Assembly (NCBI GenBank): GCA_963785945.1
Contig: CAWAWU010000004.1
Location: 1,054,989-1,118,988 of the forward strand
DNA length: 64,000 bases
Direction: 5' to 3'
From: an uncultured Alphaproteobacteria bacterium
GTDB lineage: Bacteria; Pseudomonadota; Alphaproteobacteria; Rhizobiales; Xanthobacteraceae
The notes beneath the pieces were generated by a model that was not told where the DNA came from, did no database searches, and saw nothing but the letters and a program-made list of their open reading frames with translations. Positions 29,024 through 39,435 of this stretch are shown in pieces. Made by a program: the position numbers and the translations under genes. Position 1 is the stretch's first letter. Each line of letters begins with the position of its first letter.

Positions 29024-31849
29024 ATGGTGCGCGCACCGGTTGGCGAGGGGGCGATAGTGCAGGCAGATGACGACCACGGCATCTTCCTATCGACCATGCC
29101 GGCGACAAGGCGCGACCGCGCAGCGGCGTTTGCCGTCGTCGGCGTATCCTTTGTTTTATTCGTATGCGTCCTGCCATTTGCCGGCATACCGCTGGCGCCG
29201 GTTCCGGCATTCGTGGCGAGCTATCAATCCGCGCTCGCGATCAACGACCTGATCACCGCGCTTCTGCTGTTTTCGCAGTTCGTCATCCTGCGATGGTGGG
29301 CGCTGCTGCTGCTGGCGAGCGGCTACATGTTCACCGCCGCCGCGGCGGTCGCGCATGCCCTGACCTTTCCAGGCCTGTTCGCGCCGGCCGGGCTGTTCAA
29401 TGGCGGATCGCAGACCACCGTCTGGCTGTTCATGATCTGGCATGGCGGATTTCCGCTGTTCGTGCTCGGCTATGCCCTGCTGAAAGGCAGCAATGGCGGT
29501 CCCCGAATCCAGGGCTCGGCCGGACGAGCCATTGTGGCCAGCGCCGTCGCGGTTGCCGCCGCGATGATCGCCGCGGTCTGGATCGTCACCGGCAGGCACG
29601 ACCTGCTGCCGACATTGCTCAGCGAGGGACGCTACACGCCCACCATGATCGGCGTGGTGACCGTGGTATGGTCGCTCAGCCTCGCCGGCGTGTTCGTCTT
29701 GTGGCGGCGGCGGCCGCATTCCCTGATCGATGTCTGGCTCATGGTGGTGCTGTGCGCGTGGCTGTTCGACATCGCCTTGTCCGCGATCGTCAACGTCGCG
29801 AGGTTCGACCTCGGTTTTTATGTCGGACGGATCTATGGACTCTTCGCGGCAAGTTTCGTGCTTGGGGTGTTGCTGTTCGACAATGTCGCCTTGCAGGCCC
29901 AGTTGTCCCGCCTGCTCGGAAAGCTGCGCCGGCAGGCCGCGTCCGAAAGAGATCACCACACCGAGCGCGAACGCCTGTTCAGTGCGGTCGTTGAATCCTC
30001 CAGCGACGCCATCATCACGAAGTCGCTGGACGGCACCATCACCGCCTGGAACAGGGCAGCCGAACGCATGTTTGGATTTAGCGCTGCGGAAGCGGTCGGC
30101 CAGCGCATCGACATCATCGTGCCGCCCGAACGGCGCGCCGAGCTGCGTCAGATCCTCGATCGAATTGCGCGAGGCGAAAGCATCGCGCAGCATGAAACCG
30201 TGCGGCACCGCAAGGACGGCAGCGAGGTGGAGGTCTTGCTGACGATCTCTCCGATCAAATCGGCAGCGGGCAAAATCATCGGTGCCTCCAAAACCGCCCA
30301 GGACATCGGCGAGCGCAAGCGGACCGAGGCAGCCCTCAACCAGGAGATCGAGGAACGCCGGCGTATCTTCGAGACTTCGCAGGATCTCATCCTGGTGACC
30401 GATACCGAGGGAAATTTCGTTCAGGTCAGCCCCAGTTCGATGACCATCCTGGGCTATGAGCCCACAGAAATGATCGGGCACAGCGCGGTCGAATTCATCC
30501 ATGCCGACGATCTCGACCGCACCCGCGCCGAGATACGGGCCGCCCGGCGTGGCCGGCTGATGCGTGACTTCGAGACGCGCTACGTCCACAAGGACGGCCG
30601 TGCGGTGGCGCTAACCTGGATGGGAACATGGTCCGAGCCGGTGCAGCGACACTTCTTCGTCGGCCGTGACTTGACGGAGAAGCAGGCCGCGGAGGCGCAT
30701 TACCGCCAGGCCCAGAAGATGGAAGCGGTCGGCCAGTTGACCGGCGGCGTCGCGCACGACTTCAACAATATTCTGACCGTCATCACCGGGACCATCGGGA
30801 TCCTGGCCGAGGCCGTCGCCGATCGCCCCGAACTGGAGGCCATCGCCAGGATGATCGACGAAGCCGCCGAACGCGGCGGCCAATTGACCAAACATCTGCT
30901 GGCCTTTGCGCGCAAACAGCCGCTGCAGCCGCGCGAGATCGACGTCAATGGTCTGGTGCTCGAAACGGTGAAGCTGCTGCGCCCGACCCTGGGCGAGCAA
31001 ATCCAGATCGATCCGCTGCTGGCCGACGATACCTGGCCGGCGCTGGTCGATCCGAACCAGCTCACCACGGCCATTCTCAATCTGGCGCTGAATGCGCGGG
31101 ACGCCATGCCGAACGGCGGCAGCCTCGCGGTCGAGACCAAGAACGTCGATCTCGATCAGGCCTATGCGGACATGCATGTCGAGGTCACGCCGGGATCCTA
31201 TGTCATGATCGCGGTAAGCGACACCGGCTCCGGAATCGCGCCCAAGGATCTCGAACGGGTGTTCGATCCGTTCTTCACCACCAAGGAAGTCGGCAAGGGA
31301 ACCGGCCTCGGTCTCAGCATGGTGTACGGCCTGGTCAAGCAATCCAACGGGCACATCAAGATCTACAGCGAGCAAGGCCACGGCACCAGCGTGAAGCTCT
31401 ATCTGCCGCGCGCAACCGGCGTGGATCACGGCGCGACCGAGATGCTGCCGTCCACGGCGGTCCAGGGCGGCCACGAAGCGGTGCTGGTGGTCGAGGACGA
31501 CGCGCTGGTGCGCAAATATGTGCTGACGCAGATCCGCAGCCTCGGCTACTCCACGCTGGAGGCGTGCAATGCCGCCGAAGCCTTGCAGGTGATCGACAGC
31601 GCCGCCGATATCGATCTGCTGTTCACCGACGTGATCATGCCGGGCGCCATGAACGGCCGTCAGCTGGTCGACGAAGCGCTGAAGCGGCGCCCCTCGCTCA
31701 AGACGCTGTTCACATCGGGCTATACCGAAAATGCCATCGTTCATCATGGACGGCTCGATTCCGGTGTACTCTTGCTGGCGAAGCCATATCGCAAGCCGGA
31801 ACTGGCCAGGATGATCCGGATGGCCCTCGACAATGGACACGCGTCTTGA
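29024..31849 (+). CDS. Hybrid sensor histidine kinase (MASE4-like TM domain, two PAS, HisKA/HATPase, receiver)
   Basis: AHDFNN H-box, NARDAM, DTGSG, FFTTK..GKGTGLGL, receiver DLLFTDVIMP...AKP. Confidence 0.93.
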   Translation: MVRAPVGEGAIVQADDDHGIFLSTMPATRRDRAAAFAVVGVSFVLFVCVLPFAGIPLAPVPAFVASYQSALAINDLITALLLFSQFVILRWWALLLLASGYMFTAAAAVAHALTFPGLFAPAGLFNGGSQTTVWLFMIWHGGFPLFVLGYALLKGSNGGPRIQGSAGRAIVASAVAVAAAMIAAVWIVTGRHDLLPTLLSEGRYTPTMIGVVTVVWSLSLAGVFVLWRRRPHSLIDVWLMVVLCAWLFDIALSAIVNVARFDLGFYVGRIYGLFAASFVLGVLLFDNVALQAQLSRLLGKLRRQAASERDHHTERERLFSAVVESSSDAIITKSLDGTITAWNRAAERMFGFSAAEAVGQRIDIIVPPERRAELRQILDRIARGESIAQHETVRHRKDGSEVEVLLTISPIKSAAGKIIGASKTAQDIGERKRTEAALNQEIEERRRIFETSQDLILVTDTEGNFVQVSPSSMTILGYEPTEMIGHSAVEFIHADDLDRTRAEIRAARRGRLMRDFETRYVHKDGRAVALTWMGTWSEPVQRHFFVGRDLTEKQAAEAHYRQAQKMEAVGQLTGGVAHDFNNILTVITGTIGILAEAVADRPELEAIARMIDEAAERGGQLTKHLLAFARKQPLQPREIDVNGLVLETVKLLRPTLGEQIQIDPLLADDTWPALVDPNQLTTAILNLALNARDAMPNGGSLAVETKNVDLDQAYADMHVEVTPGSYVMIAVSDTGSGIAPKDLERVFDPFFTTKEVGKGTGLGLSMVYGLVKQSNGHIKIYSEQGHGTSVKLYLPRATGVDHGATEMLPSTAVQGGHEAVLVVEDDALVRKYVLTQIRSLGYSTLEACNAAEALQVIDSAADIDLLFTDVIMPGAMNGRQLVDEALKRRPSLKTLFTSGYTENAIVHHGRLDSGVLLLAKPYRKPELARMIRMALDNGHAS

Positions 31850-32841
31850 ACAACCTCCTGACCGACATTGCCGGCGTCCGCGTCGGCCACGCCGATGACC
31901 CAGCGCTGGCATCCGGGGTCACGGCGGTGATTTTCGACCAGCCGGCGGTCGCCTCGATGGATGTCCGCGGCGGCGGGCCCGGCACCCGCGAGGGGTCGCT
32001 GCTCGATCCGGTCAACGTGGTCGAACAGATCGACGCCATCACGCTTTCCGGCGGATCGGCGTTCGGGCTGGAAGCCGGCGGCGGCGTGCAGGCCTGGCTT
32101 GCCGAACAGGGCCGCGGATTTCGGGTCCGCGAAGCGCTTGTTCCGATCGTGCCCGGCGCGATCTGCTTCGATCTGCTCAACGGCGGCAACAAGCAGTGGG
32201 GCCGCTTCGCGCCGTATCGCGATCTCGGCTATGCCGCGGCCGCTGCCGTAAGCACATCGTTTGCGCTCGGCAGCGTCGGCGCTGGCCTGGGCGCAACTGT
32301 CAGCAACCTGAAGGGCGGGCTGGGTTCGGCGTCGGCGGAGACACCCGGCGGCGTCAAGGTTGCGGCGCTCGCGGTCGTCAATGCCATCGGCAGCGTCACG
32401 GTCGGCGATGGTCCGTGGTTCTGGGCCGCACCGTTTGAAATCGACGGCGAATATGGCGGACGCGGATTGCCGCCTTCGTTCACGCCGGAGATGCTGGCGA
32501 TGCGTCTCAAAGGCGCCGCGGCAGCCTCACCAGCAGAGAACACCACGCTGGCGATTGTCGTCACCGATGCCATCCTGACCAAGCCCCAGGCCAGACGGCT
32601 CGCGATGATCGCGCAGACCGGCTTTGCCCGCGCCATCTATCCGGTGCACGCGCCGCTCGATGGCGATGTGGTGTTCGCTGCCGCCACCGGCGAGAAGCCG
32701 ATCGATCCGCTGGTCGGCTTGACGGAACTCGGCATGGTCGCGGCCAACGTCACGGCGCGCGCGATCGCCCGCGGCGTCTACACGGCGACCGCACTACCCT
32801 TCCCCGGCGCGTTGCCGGCCTGGAAGGATCGCTTCGGCTAG
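31846..32841 (+). CDS. P1/S58 (DmpA-like) peptidase
   Basis: LTDIAGVRVGH, GGGPGTRE, LSGGSAFGL, ENTT; TTG start overlaps the upstream TGA. Confidence 0.9.
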   Translation: MNNLLTDIAGVRVGHADDPALASGVTAVIFDQPAVASMDVRGGGPGTREGSLLDPVNVVEQIDAITLSGGSAFGLEAGGGVQAWLAEQGRGFRVREALVPIVPGAICFDLLNGGNKQWGRFAPYRDLGYAAAAAVSTSFALGSVGAGLGATVSNLKGGLGSASAETPGGVKVAALAVVNAIGSVTVGDGPWFWAAPFEIDGEYGGRGLPPSFTPEMLAMRLKGAAAASPAENTTLAIVVTDAILTKPQARRLAMIAQTGFARAIYPVHAPLDGDVVFAAATGEKPIDPLVGLTELGMVAANVTARAIARGVYTATALPFPGALPAWKDRFG

Positions 32842-32857
32842 CGAAGTCGAAACGGCC

Positions 32858-33535
32858 TTACGCGTTGAACGACATCGGATTAGTCGAGAACGACATCATC
32901 TGCGCTTCGCGCTGGACCATCTGGTTGATCAGCGATGCCGAATTCAGGCTGCTGGTCCCAGAAGACGTCGAAGATCCGGCCTCGAGCGCCTGCAACAGCG
33001 GATCGGTACTCGGATCGGTGCTGCTGCTCTTGCCTGACGCGCTCGAACCCGCGACATGGTGATGCCCGTGGTGGCCGCCCTTGCTGGCGGCGCCCTGCAG
33101 CGCCGACGACAATTCGCCGAGGCTGACCGAGCCGTCGCCATTGCTGTCGAGCTTGCTGAAGACGTCATCGGCGGCCGCGGTGTTGGTTCCACCGGCGCCG
33201 AGCGCGCTTTCAAATTCCGATTTGGTGATCGAGCCATCGCCATTGGCGTCGATCTGCGAGAACAAATTTTGCAGCGCGTTCGCCGAACTCGTGGGCGCCG
33301 AGCTGGCCGATGCGGATGTCGATGACTGGCTCTGCGCCGCAAGCAGCGCCTCCATGGTGGCCGGCGAGATCTGCGAGCCGCCGCCGGTGAAACCGGTGGT
33401 TCCGGTCGACGTCGTTGAGGTCTGACTGGAGCCCGGAATCTCGAAGCCCGAGGATTGCGTCGAAGAGGTCGCCGACGAGGCCAGCGACTGGATGGCGCCA
33501 AATGCGGTCGACGCGGCGCCCAAAGCAAACAGCAT
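32858..33535 (-). CDS. Ser-rich EF-hand protein
   Basis: Two EF-hand loops DANGDGSITKSE and DSNGDGSVSLGE; His cluster HHGHHH. Confidence 0.85.
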   Translation of the reverse strand: MLFALGAASTAFGAIQSLASSATSSTQSSGFEIPGSSQTSTTSTGTTGFTGGGSQISPATMEALLAAQSQSSTSASASSAPTSSANALQNLFSQIDANGDGSITKSEFESALGAGGTNTAAADDVFSKLDSNGDGSVSLGELSSALQGAASKGGHHGHHHVAGSSASGKSSSTDPSTDPLLQALEAGSSTSSGTSSLNSASLINQMVQREAQMMSFSTNPMSFNA

Positions 33536-33812
33536 GGTCAAACTCCGAAACACGCCGCCAAACGCGGCCCACACTTTCACGCCTGTTGGTCAGCAAGCGC
33601 CGTGCCATCGAAAAAAAGCCAATAAATAATGGACTTTTTGTAATCCTGGCGGCCGGATCTCCCGGCAATTGGTGCCGCCGGCGGCAGAATTTGCCCCGGT
33701 GCTACGGCTTCCACAGTCGGTCTTGCCGGCAGGCGTTGGCTGCATTGCCCCCGGGCTTTGCGCATGTTACCCGAAACCGATCCACAGCCCTGAAGTGCCC
33801 GGGAAAACGCAC

Positions 33813-34514
33813 ATGTCTCAACAATTTGCGTCACGCCCTCTGGTCATCGCGCCGTCGATCCTGGCGTCGGATTTCTCCCGGCTGGGCGAAGAGGTTCGCG
33901 CGGTCGATGCCGCAGGCGCCGACTGGATCCATCTCGACGTGATGGATGGCCATTTCGTTCCCAACATTTCCTACGGCCCCGACGTGATCAAGGCGATGCG
34001 CCCGCATACGAAGAAGATCTTCGACGCGCATCTGATGATTTCGCCTGCCGACCCCTATCTCGAAGCTTTCGCCAAGGCCGGCTGCGATCACATCACGGTC
34101 CATGCCGAAGCCGGGCCGCATCTGCATCGCTCGTTGCAGGCGATCCGCGCGCTCGGCAAGAAGGCCGGCGTCTCGCTCAATCCGGGAACGCCGATCTCGG
34201 CCATCGAATATGTGATCGACATGATCGACCTGGTGCTGGTGATGTCGGTCAATCCGGGCTTTGGCGGTCAGGCTTTCATCCGTTCCGCGCTCGGCAAGGT
34301 CGGCGACATCAGGGCGATGACGGCGGGGCGGCCGATCGATATCGAGGTCGATGGTGGGGTGGGACCGGATGTTTCGGGCGCGTTGGCCGCCGCCGGCGCC
34401 AATGCCTTCGTTGCCGGCTCTGCCGTGTTCAAGGGCGGCACCGTCGAAAGCTACAAGGAAAATATCTCGGCGATCCGCAACGCCGCCGCGGCCGCGCGTG
34501 GCGAAATGGTCTAG
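33813..34514 (+). CDS. rpe: Ribulose-phosphate 3-epimerase
   Basis: [36 protein letters not shown]. Confidence 0.97.
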   Translation: MSQQFASRPLVIAPSILASDFSRLGEEVRAVDAAGADWIHLDVMDGHFVPNISYGPDVIKAMRPHTKKIFDAHLMISPADPYLEAFAKAGCDHITVHAEAGPHLHRSLQAIRALGKKAGVSLNPGTPISAIEYVIDMIDLVLVMSVNPGFGGQAFIRSALGKVGDIRAMTAGRPIDIEVDGGVGPDVSGALAAAGANAFVAGSAVFKGGTVESYKENISAIRNAAAAARGEMV

Positions 34515-34570
34515 AGCATGATCCGGAAAAGTGGAAACCGGTTTTCCGATAAGATCATGCTCAAACAAAA
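34511..34570. repeat. CTAG-ended MITE/REP-like element, copy 2 (half copy, opposite orientation)
   Basis: CTAGAGCATGATCCGGAAAAGTGGAAACCGGTTTTCCG...GATCATGCTC; its TAG is the rpe stop. Confidence 0.85.
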
Positions 34571-34576
34571 ACGCGT

Positions 34577-35173
34577 TCAGCCTTTGCGCGGCGCCGCTAT
34601 CCCGCGCAGCAACAGCGCCAGCAACGCATCGAACCGCGCCGACAGTTCGGGGTCTTTCCATTCCTCGGCATGCGCCGGGTGATGATAGCGCACGGTGGCC
34701 TCGAACAATGCGCGCGCCGTCGCCTTGACGTCTGACGTATCGAACACGCCCTCTTTGACGCCATCGGACAGGATGCCCGCGATCTGATCGACCATGCCCT
34801 CCCTGTGCGCCCTCACGGCCCCGCAGGCTTCGCGGGCCAGCGTCAGATAGGTCGCGAACATCTCGGGATCTTCGCAGACCTTCTTCTGCTTGGCCGTGCA
34901 CAGCGTCCGCAGCCAGCGTTCGAGCCGCGCGGGCGCAGGCCCTGAATCTTTCGCAATCTGTTCGAGGGGGGCGCTGACGCGGTCGAGCCATCGCTTGGCT
35001 ACCGCTTCGCGCAACGAAGCCTTGCTCGGGAAATGGCGGTAGACGCTGCCGTGGCTCACATCGAGCGCACGGGCAACATCGACCACGGTGGCTTTCGCCA
35101 GTCCAAAGCGACGCAATACGTCTTCGGTGACCTCAAGAATTCGCTCGGGTGTTAAAACCACAGCTTCGTTCAT
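34577..35173 (-). CDS. TetR family transcriptional regulator
   Basis: N-terminal HTH G...ATVVDVARALDVSHGSVYRHFPSK. Confidence 0.92.
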   Translation of the reverse strand: MNEAVVLTPERILEVTEDVLRRFGLAKATVVDVARALDVSHGSVYRHFPSKASLREAVAKRWLDRVSAPLEQIAKDSGPAPARLERWLRTLCTAKQKKVCEDPEMFATYLTLAREACGAVRAHREGMVDQIAGILSDGVKEGVFDTSDVKATARALFEATVRYHHPAHAEEWKDPELSARFDALLALLLRGIAAPRKG

Positions 35174-35385
35174 TCGAACACCGTTTACCTGTTGCGGTCA
35201 GACCCTACTTAACGGGTGAATTTGGCGGCTTGTGCGGCCAAATGGCGGGCCACCTGGATATTGAGCCATTGGTGGATCCGGGAGGTCAGATATAAAATTT
35301 CAATCGTCATGGCAGTTCTCAGCAAAGTTTCTTGGTTAGTCCCCCGCCTATCGCGGTTCGTTGCGAGGTTTATATCGTATCCCGA

Positions 35386-35407
35386 TGACAGATTTCAATA
35401 TCTGTCA
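35386..35407. promoter_or_regulatory. Palindromic operator candidate (TetR-type)
   Basis: TGACAGAT-ttcaat-ATCTGTCA perfect inverted repeat upstream of tetR. Confidence 0.6.
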
Positions 35408-35568
35408 GTCAATATTCTGTGATGAGCTGCTTCCGGCTGTCCAAAGGCCCCCTGTAAGCGCGGGACCATCGTGTTGTTGATGGGCCCAGCTCCCGCCAGA
35501 CCGGCGTTTGTCTCACCGGGGTGGCTCTGCTAAAGCGTGGCGTAACCCCCAAACCGTCAGAGTCCGCA

Positions 35569-36876
35569 ATGATTCCCCGCTATACCCGTCCGGAAATGGC
35601 CTCCATTTGGGAGCCGCAAACCCGCTTCAAGATCTGGTTCGAGATCGAGGCGCATGCGGCGGATGCGCTGGCGGAACTCGGCGTCATCCCCAAGGAGGCC
35701 GCCAAAACCATCTGGGCCAAGGCCAGGGATGCGACCTTCGATGTCGCGCGGATCGACGAGATCGAGCGCGAGACCAAGCATGACGTGATCGCCTTCCTGA
35801 CCCATCTGGCCGAGATCGTCGGCCCCGAAGCGCGCTTCGTGCACCAGGGCATGACTTCGTCCGACGTGCTCGACACCTGCCTCAACGTCCAGCTCACCCG
35901 CGCCGCCGACCTGCTCATCGCCGACGTCGACAAGGTGCTGGCGGCGGTGAAGAAGCGCGCCTTCGAACACAAGATGACGCCGACCATCGGCCGCTCCCAC
36001 GGCATCCACGCCGAACCCGTGACGTTCGGGCTGAAGCTTGCCTTTGCCTATGCGGAATTTTCCCGGGCCCGGGCGCGTCTGGTCGAGGCCCGCAAGGAAG
36101 TTGCGACCTGCGCGATTTCGGGCGCGGTCGGCACCTTCGCCCAGATCGATCCGCGCGTCGAAGCCCATGTCGCCAAGGCGATGGGCCTGGTGCCGGAGCC
36201 GATCTCGACGCAAGTGATTCCGCGCGACCGCCACGCGATGTATTTTGCCACGCTCGGCGTGATCGCCTCCTCGGTCGAACGGCTCGCCACCGAAATCCGC
36301 CACATGCAGCGTACCGAAGTGCTGGAAGCCGAGGAGTTCTTCTCCGAGGGACAGAAAGGCTCGTCGGCGATGCCGCACAAGCGCAACCCGGTGCTGTCGG
36401 AGAATCTGACCGGCCTCGCCCGCATGGTGCGCGCCTATGTGACGCCGGCGATGGAAAACGTGGTGCTCTGGCACGAGCGCGACATCTCGCATTCCTCGGC
36501 CGAGCGCATGATCGGCCCCGACGCTACGGTGACGCTGGACTTCGCGCTGAATCGTTTGGCCGGCCTGATCGACAAGCTGCTGATTTATCCGGCCAACATG
36601 CAGAAGAATCTCGACCGCCTCGGCGGCCTGGTGCATTCGCAGCGGCTTCTGATCGCGCTGACGCAAAAAGGCGCCAGCCGCGAAGACTCCTACAAACTCG
36701 TGCAGCGCAACGCGATGCCGGTGTGGCGTGGCGAAGGCGACTTCCAGACGCTGCTGAAAAAAGACGCCGACGTGAGGAAATATCTCAGCGACGCCGAAAT
36801 CGAAGAACAGTTCGACCTCGGCTACCATTTCAAGCACGTCGATACGATCTTCAAGCGCGTGTTCGGCGAGGCGTAA
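35569..36876 (+). CDS. purB: Adenylosuccinate lyase
   Basis: MIPRY, TKHDVIAF, GRSHGIHAEP, GSSAMPHKRNP. Confidence 0.97.
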   Translation: MIPRYTRPEMASIWEPQTRFKIWFEIEAHAADALAELGVIPKEAAKTIWAKARDATFDVARIDEIERETKHDVIAFLTHLAEIVGPEARFVHQGMTSSDVLDTCLNVQLTRAADLLIADVDKVLAAVKKRAFEHKMTPTIGRSHGIHAEPVTFGLKLAFAYAEFSRARARLVEARKEVATCAISGAVGTFAQIDPRVEAHVAKAMGLVPEPISTQVIPRDRHAMYFATLGVIASSVERLATEIRHMQRTEVLEAEEFFSEGQKGSSAMPHKRNPVLSENLTGLARMVRAYVTPAMENVVLWHERDISHSSAERMIGPDATVTLDFALNRLAGLIDKLLIYPANMQKNLDRLGGLVHSQRLLIALTQKGASREDSYKLVQRNAMPVWRGEGDFQTLLKKDADVRKYLSDAEIEEQFDLGYHFKHVDTIFKRVFGEA

Positions 36877-36888
36877 CGCGAAGCGCCG

Positions 36889-39309
36889 CTACAGCTTCTT
36901 CAGCGACACGACGGCGGTGCCTTCGTTGTTGTTGTAGAAGTACGTGAACAGCCCCGGCAGAAAGATCGACGTGTCGTTCACATAGACGAACACCTCGCCA
37001 TCGCTGCGGGCCGTGAATTCCGCGGTCCACAGGTTGCTCCCATCTGACGATTGCTTGAACGCCGGAAGATGCTCCTCGAGGCCGGAGGCGCCAACACGAA
37101 CGATCGGCGCAAACCAGTTCGACCAGATCAGGCGCTTGAAGGGCACGCCCCCCAGTTCGACCAGGGTGGATCTGCTGAACCCCTCCGGGCTGGTCGGGAT
37201 GGTGTGATTGTGGTCGAACCACGGTTGCTTCACCGCAAGGCTGATCTGGTACCTTTCGTCATGGGTCACCTTCAGGCCAGTCGGGTAGCATATGTCCCGG
37301 GTGTCGAAGGCGTCACCATATCCAGGAGATTTGTTGGCGGTGACTTCGGTTGCGGTCACATCGATGCTGCTACCTGTAGCCTTGCAGACCAGGCCAAGCG
37401 TGTTGGCCGTTCCGAACGCCAGCCACCAGAACAGCCAGAACATGATGGCGGTCGGCAGGATCCAATGCGACAGCGTATAAAAAAACGCCTGGTAGATCCC
37501 GAGCCGGCGTAGCTGGTAAATGGACGCGCGCCATCCCGCCAGCGGTGTGTGGCTTTCCGGCGAATGCCACGCAACGCGCGCCACGTCGTGGATGGTCTGC
37601 TGAAGACTCGCGCCCCATCTCATCAACAACAAGGCCAGAACCCCGCCGATCAGAACAAAGCCCGGTCCATTGCGAAACGCCACCCACCACGGCTCCAGAA
37701 ATCCCGGCAGAAACGATGCCGCAGCGTTGACGAGCGGCGTCACGAAGCCGCCGACCTCGGTCTTGCCGAAGCCTGGCCAATAGATCACCCAAACCGGCGT
37801 CGCGACCACGAACGCGGTGGCGAAGGCGGTCAGGAAATAAACCACGCGGCGCAGCCAGATCCAGTTCCAGACATCGTTCTGGACCAGCGATCGCGGATCG
37901 CCGGGATCGACCGGATGCAGCGCATCGGTGACCGCGCCCGCTTTGTCGGTGAAAAAATAACTCTTCGGCATCACGACGGGCACGTAGCGGTCGGTGCCGA
38001 ACTGAACCCGCTTGAAAACCGAATCGTGAATCGTCGCCTTCGGTGGCGGCAGCGGCTCGCGCCAAAGGCTCGGGTGCAGATCGGCGATGACCCTGGTCTG
38101 CGAATCTTTCGCCTTGCGCCACAGCCGCCAGATGCTGGCGACATCGTCGCGGAAAGACGGCTTGTAAGGCGGCGCGCTCAGCAGATCCTTCAGATTGCGC
38201 GGCTTGTAGCGATAATATGCCGCGAGGCCTTTGCGCGAATCGTTCAGCTTGTCGTCCGGATTGATCTGGGGATCGATGATCGACGCCCGCTGGCCGGGGG
38301 AATAGTTCAATCCGTAGGCCTGCGCCCGATCCAGCATCCAGTCGAGCGTCACATAGGCAAGGCCGTTCTGCGGATAGCCGCCGCCGACGTCGGCGTGAAC
38401 GCCGACGAACCAGACCTGGCTGATACGCTGCTGATCGATCGCCGGAAGCTGCGTCCGCAGATGCGGCGGCGGCTCGGCCGCCTTCGCCGCTTCGCTGCGC
38501 GGATCGTAGTCGATATCGAACAGCCAATCCGTCTTCTCCCTGCCGGGAACGACGGCCTTGGCGCGGACATAGCGCTGATCCCAGATCACCGGGGTGAAGG
38601 CGTCGCGTTCGTCTTCCAGCGACATCGCGTGGCATGCCCTGAGCACCTTCGCGTTCATGAACTGATCCGGCATCGACAGCGGCCAGATCCAGTAGTCGAT
38701 CGCGCGCGTCATCTCCTGGATCGGGCCGCCATAGGCGTCCACCGTGTCCCAGATACCGACGAAATGAATGCTTTCGACCTCGACCGCCGCCGGCGCTTCG
38801 ACCGGCCGATGGGTGAGTTTGCGCCATTGCCGGATGGCGGCGTCGCGTATGCCGCGCAGATCGATGCCCATCTTGCCGAGATATTTCGGAATGCCGCCGG
38901 TAAACCGCCGCCGGTATCGGCGATAGGCATCGGCGGCAAAAAGCGCGAGGTCGGCCTCCCTGTCGTCATAAGCGACAAGCCCTTGCGAGGCGATCATGCC
39001 GGCGACGATCCGGATCGTGAAGGAGCCGCGGCTGAAGCCGAAACAATAGATGCGATCGCCGGGCTGGTAATTCCGGCAGCAGAAACTGTAGATCGCGATC
39101 ACATTGCGCTTCAGACCGAACCCGAAGATGCCGCCGAGCGCCGCGAACAGTTTGAACGACGATGTGCCGACGCCATTGTCATAGAAGGCGACCTGACACT
39201 CGGGATTACTCAGATCGAGCAGTTGGTACAGCCGCCAGACATTGGTCTTGAACAGGCTTCCCGCGCTGTTGCCGGTCCCGTCCGAAAGCAACACGATGTT
39301 CTTCGACAT
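36889..39309 (-). CDS. DUF2235 (Tle1-like) alpha/beta hydrolase with C-terminal TM region
   Basis: DGTGN, GVGT, GFSRG, GIWDTV, HAMSLEDER, WFVGVHADVGGGY. Confidence 0.88.
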   Translation of the reverse strand: MSKNIVLLSDGTGNSAGSLFKTNVWRLYQLLDLSNPECQVAFYDNGVGTSSFKLFAALGGIFGFGLKRNVIAIYSFCCRNYQPGDRIYCFGFSRGSFTIRIVAGMIASQGLVAYDDREADLALFAADAYRRYRRRFTGGIPKYLGKMGIDLRGIRDAAIRQWRKLTHRPVEAPAAVEVESIHFVGIWDTVDAYGGPIQEMTRAIDYWIWPLSMPDQFMNAKVLRACHAMSLEDERDAFTPVIWDQRYVRAKAVVPGREKTDWLFDIDYDPRSEAAKAAEPPPHLRTQLPAIDQQRISQVWFVGVHADVGGGYPQNGLAYVTLDWMLDRAQAYGLNYSPGQRASIIDPQINPDDKLNDSRKGLAAYYRYKPRNLKDLLSAPPYKPSFRDDVASIWRLWRKAKDSQTRVIADLHPSLWREPLPPPKATIHDSVFKRVQFGTDRYVPVVMPKSYFFTDKAGAVTDALHPVDPGDPRSLVQNDVWNWIWLRRVVYFLTAFATAFVVATPVWVIYWPGFGKTEVGGFVTPLVNAAASFLPGFLEPWWVAFRNGPGFVLIGGVLALLLMRWGASLQQTIHDVARVAWHSPESHTPLAGWRASIYQLRRLGIYQAFFYTLSHWILPTAIMFWLFWWLAFGTANTLGLVCKATGSSIDVTATEVTANKSPGYGDAFDTRDICYPTGLKVTHDERYQISLAVKQPWFDHNHTIPTSPEGFSRSTLVELGGVPFKRLIWSNWFAPIVRVGASGLEEHLPAFKQSSDGSNLWTAEFTARSDGEVFVYVNDTSIFLPGLFTYFYNNNEGTAVVSLKKL

Positions 39310-39435
39310 CGACGCCCCCCGCCTCGACATGCCGTCAGACGCGCATGCTCGCCGCAAATTGCGAGCAAAGCAAGGAACAATCTATGCGGGAAGCGCGGGA
39401 TTTAACACAACCTGCGACGCCGGCGCCCGGTTCAA

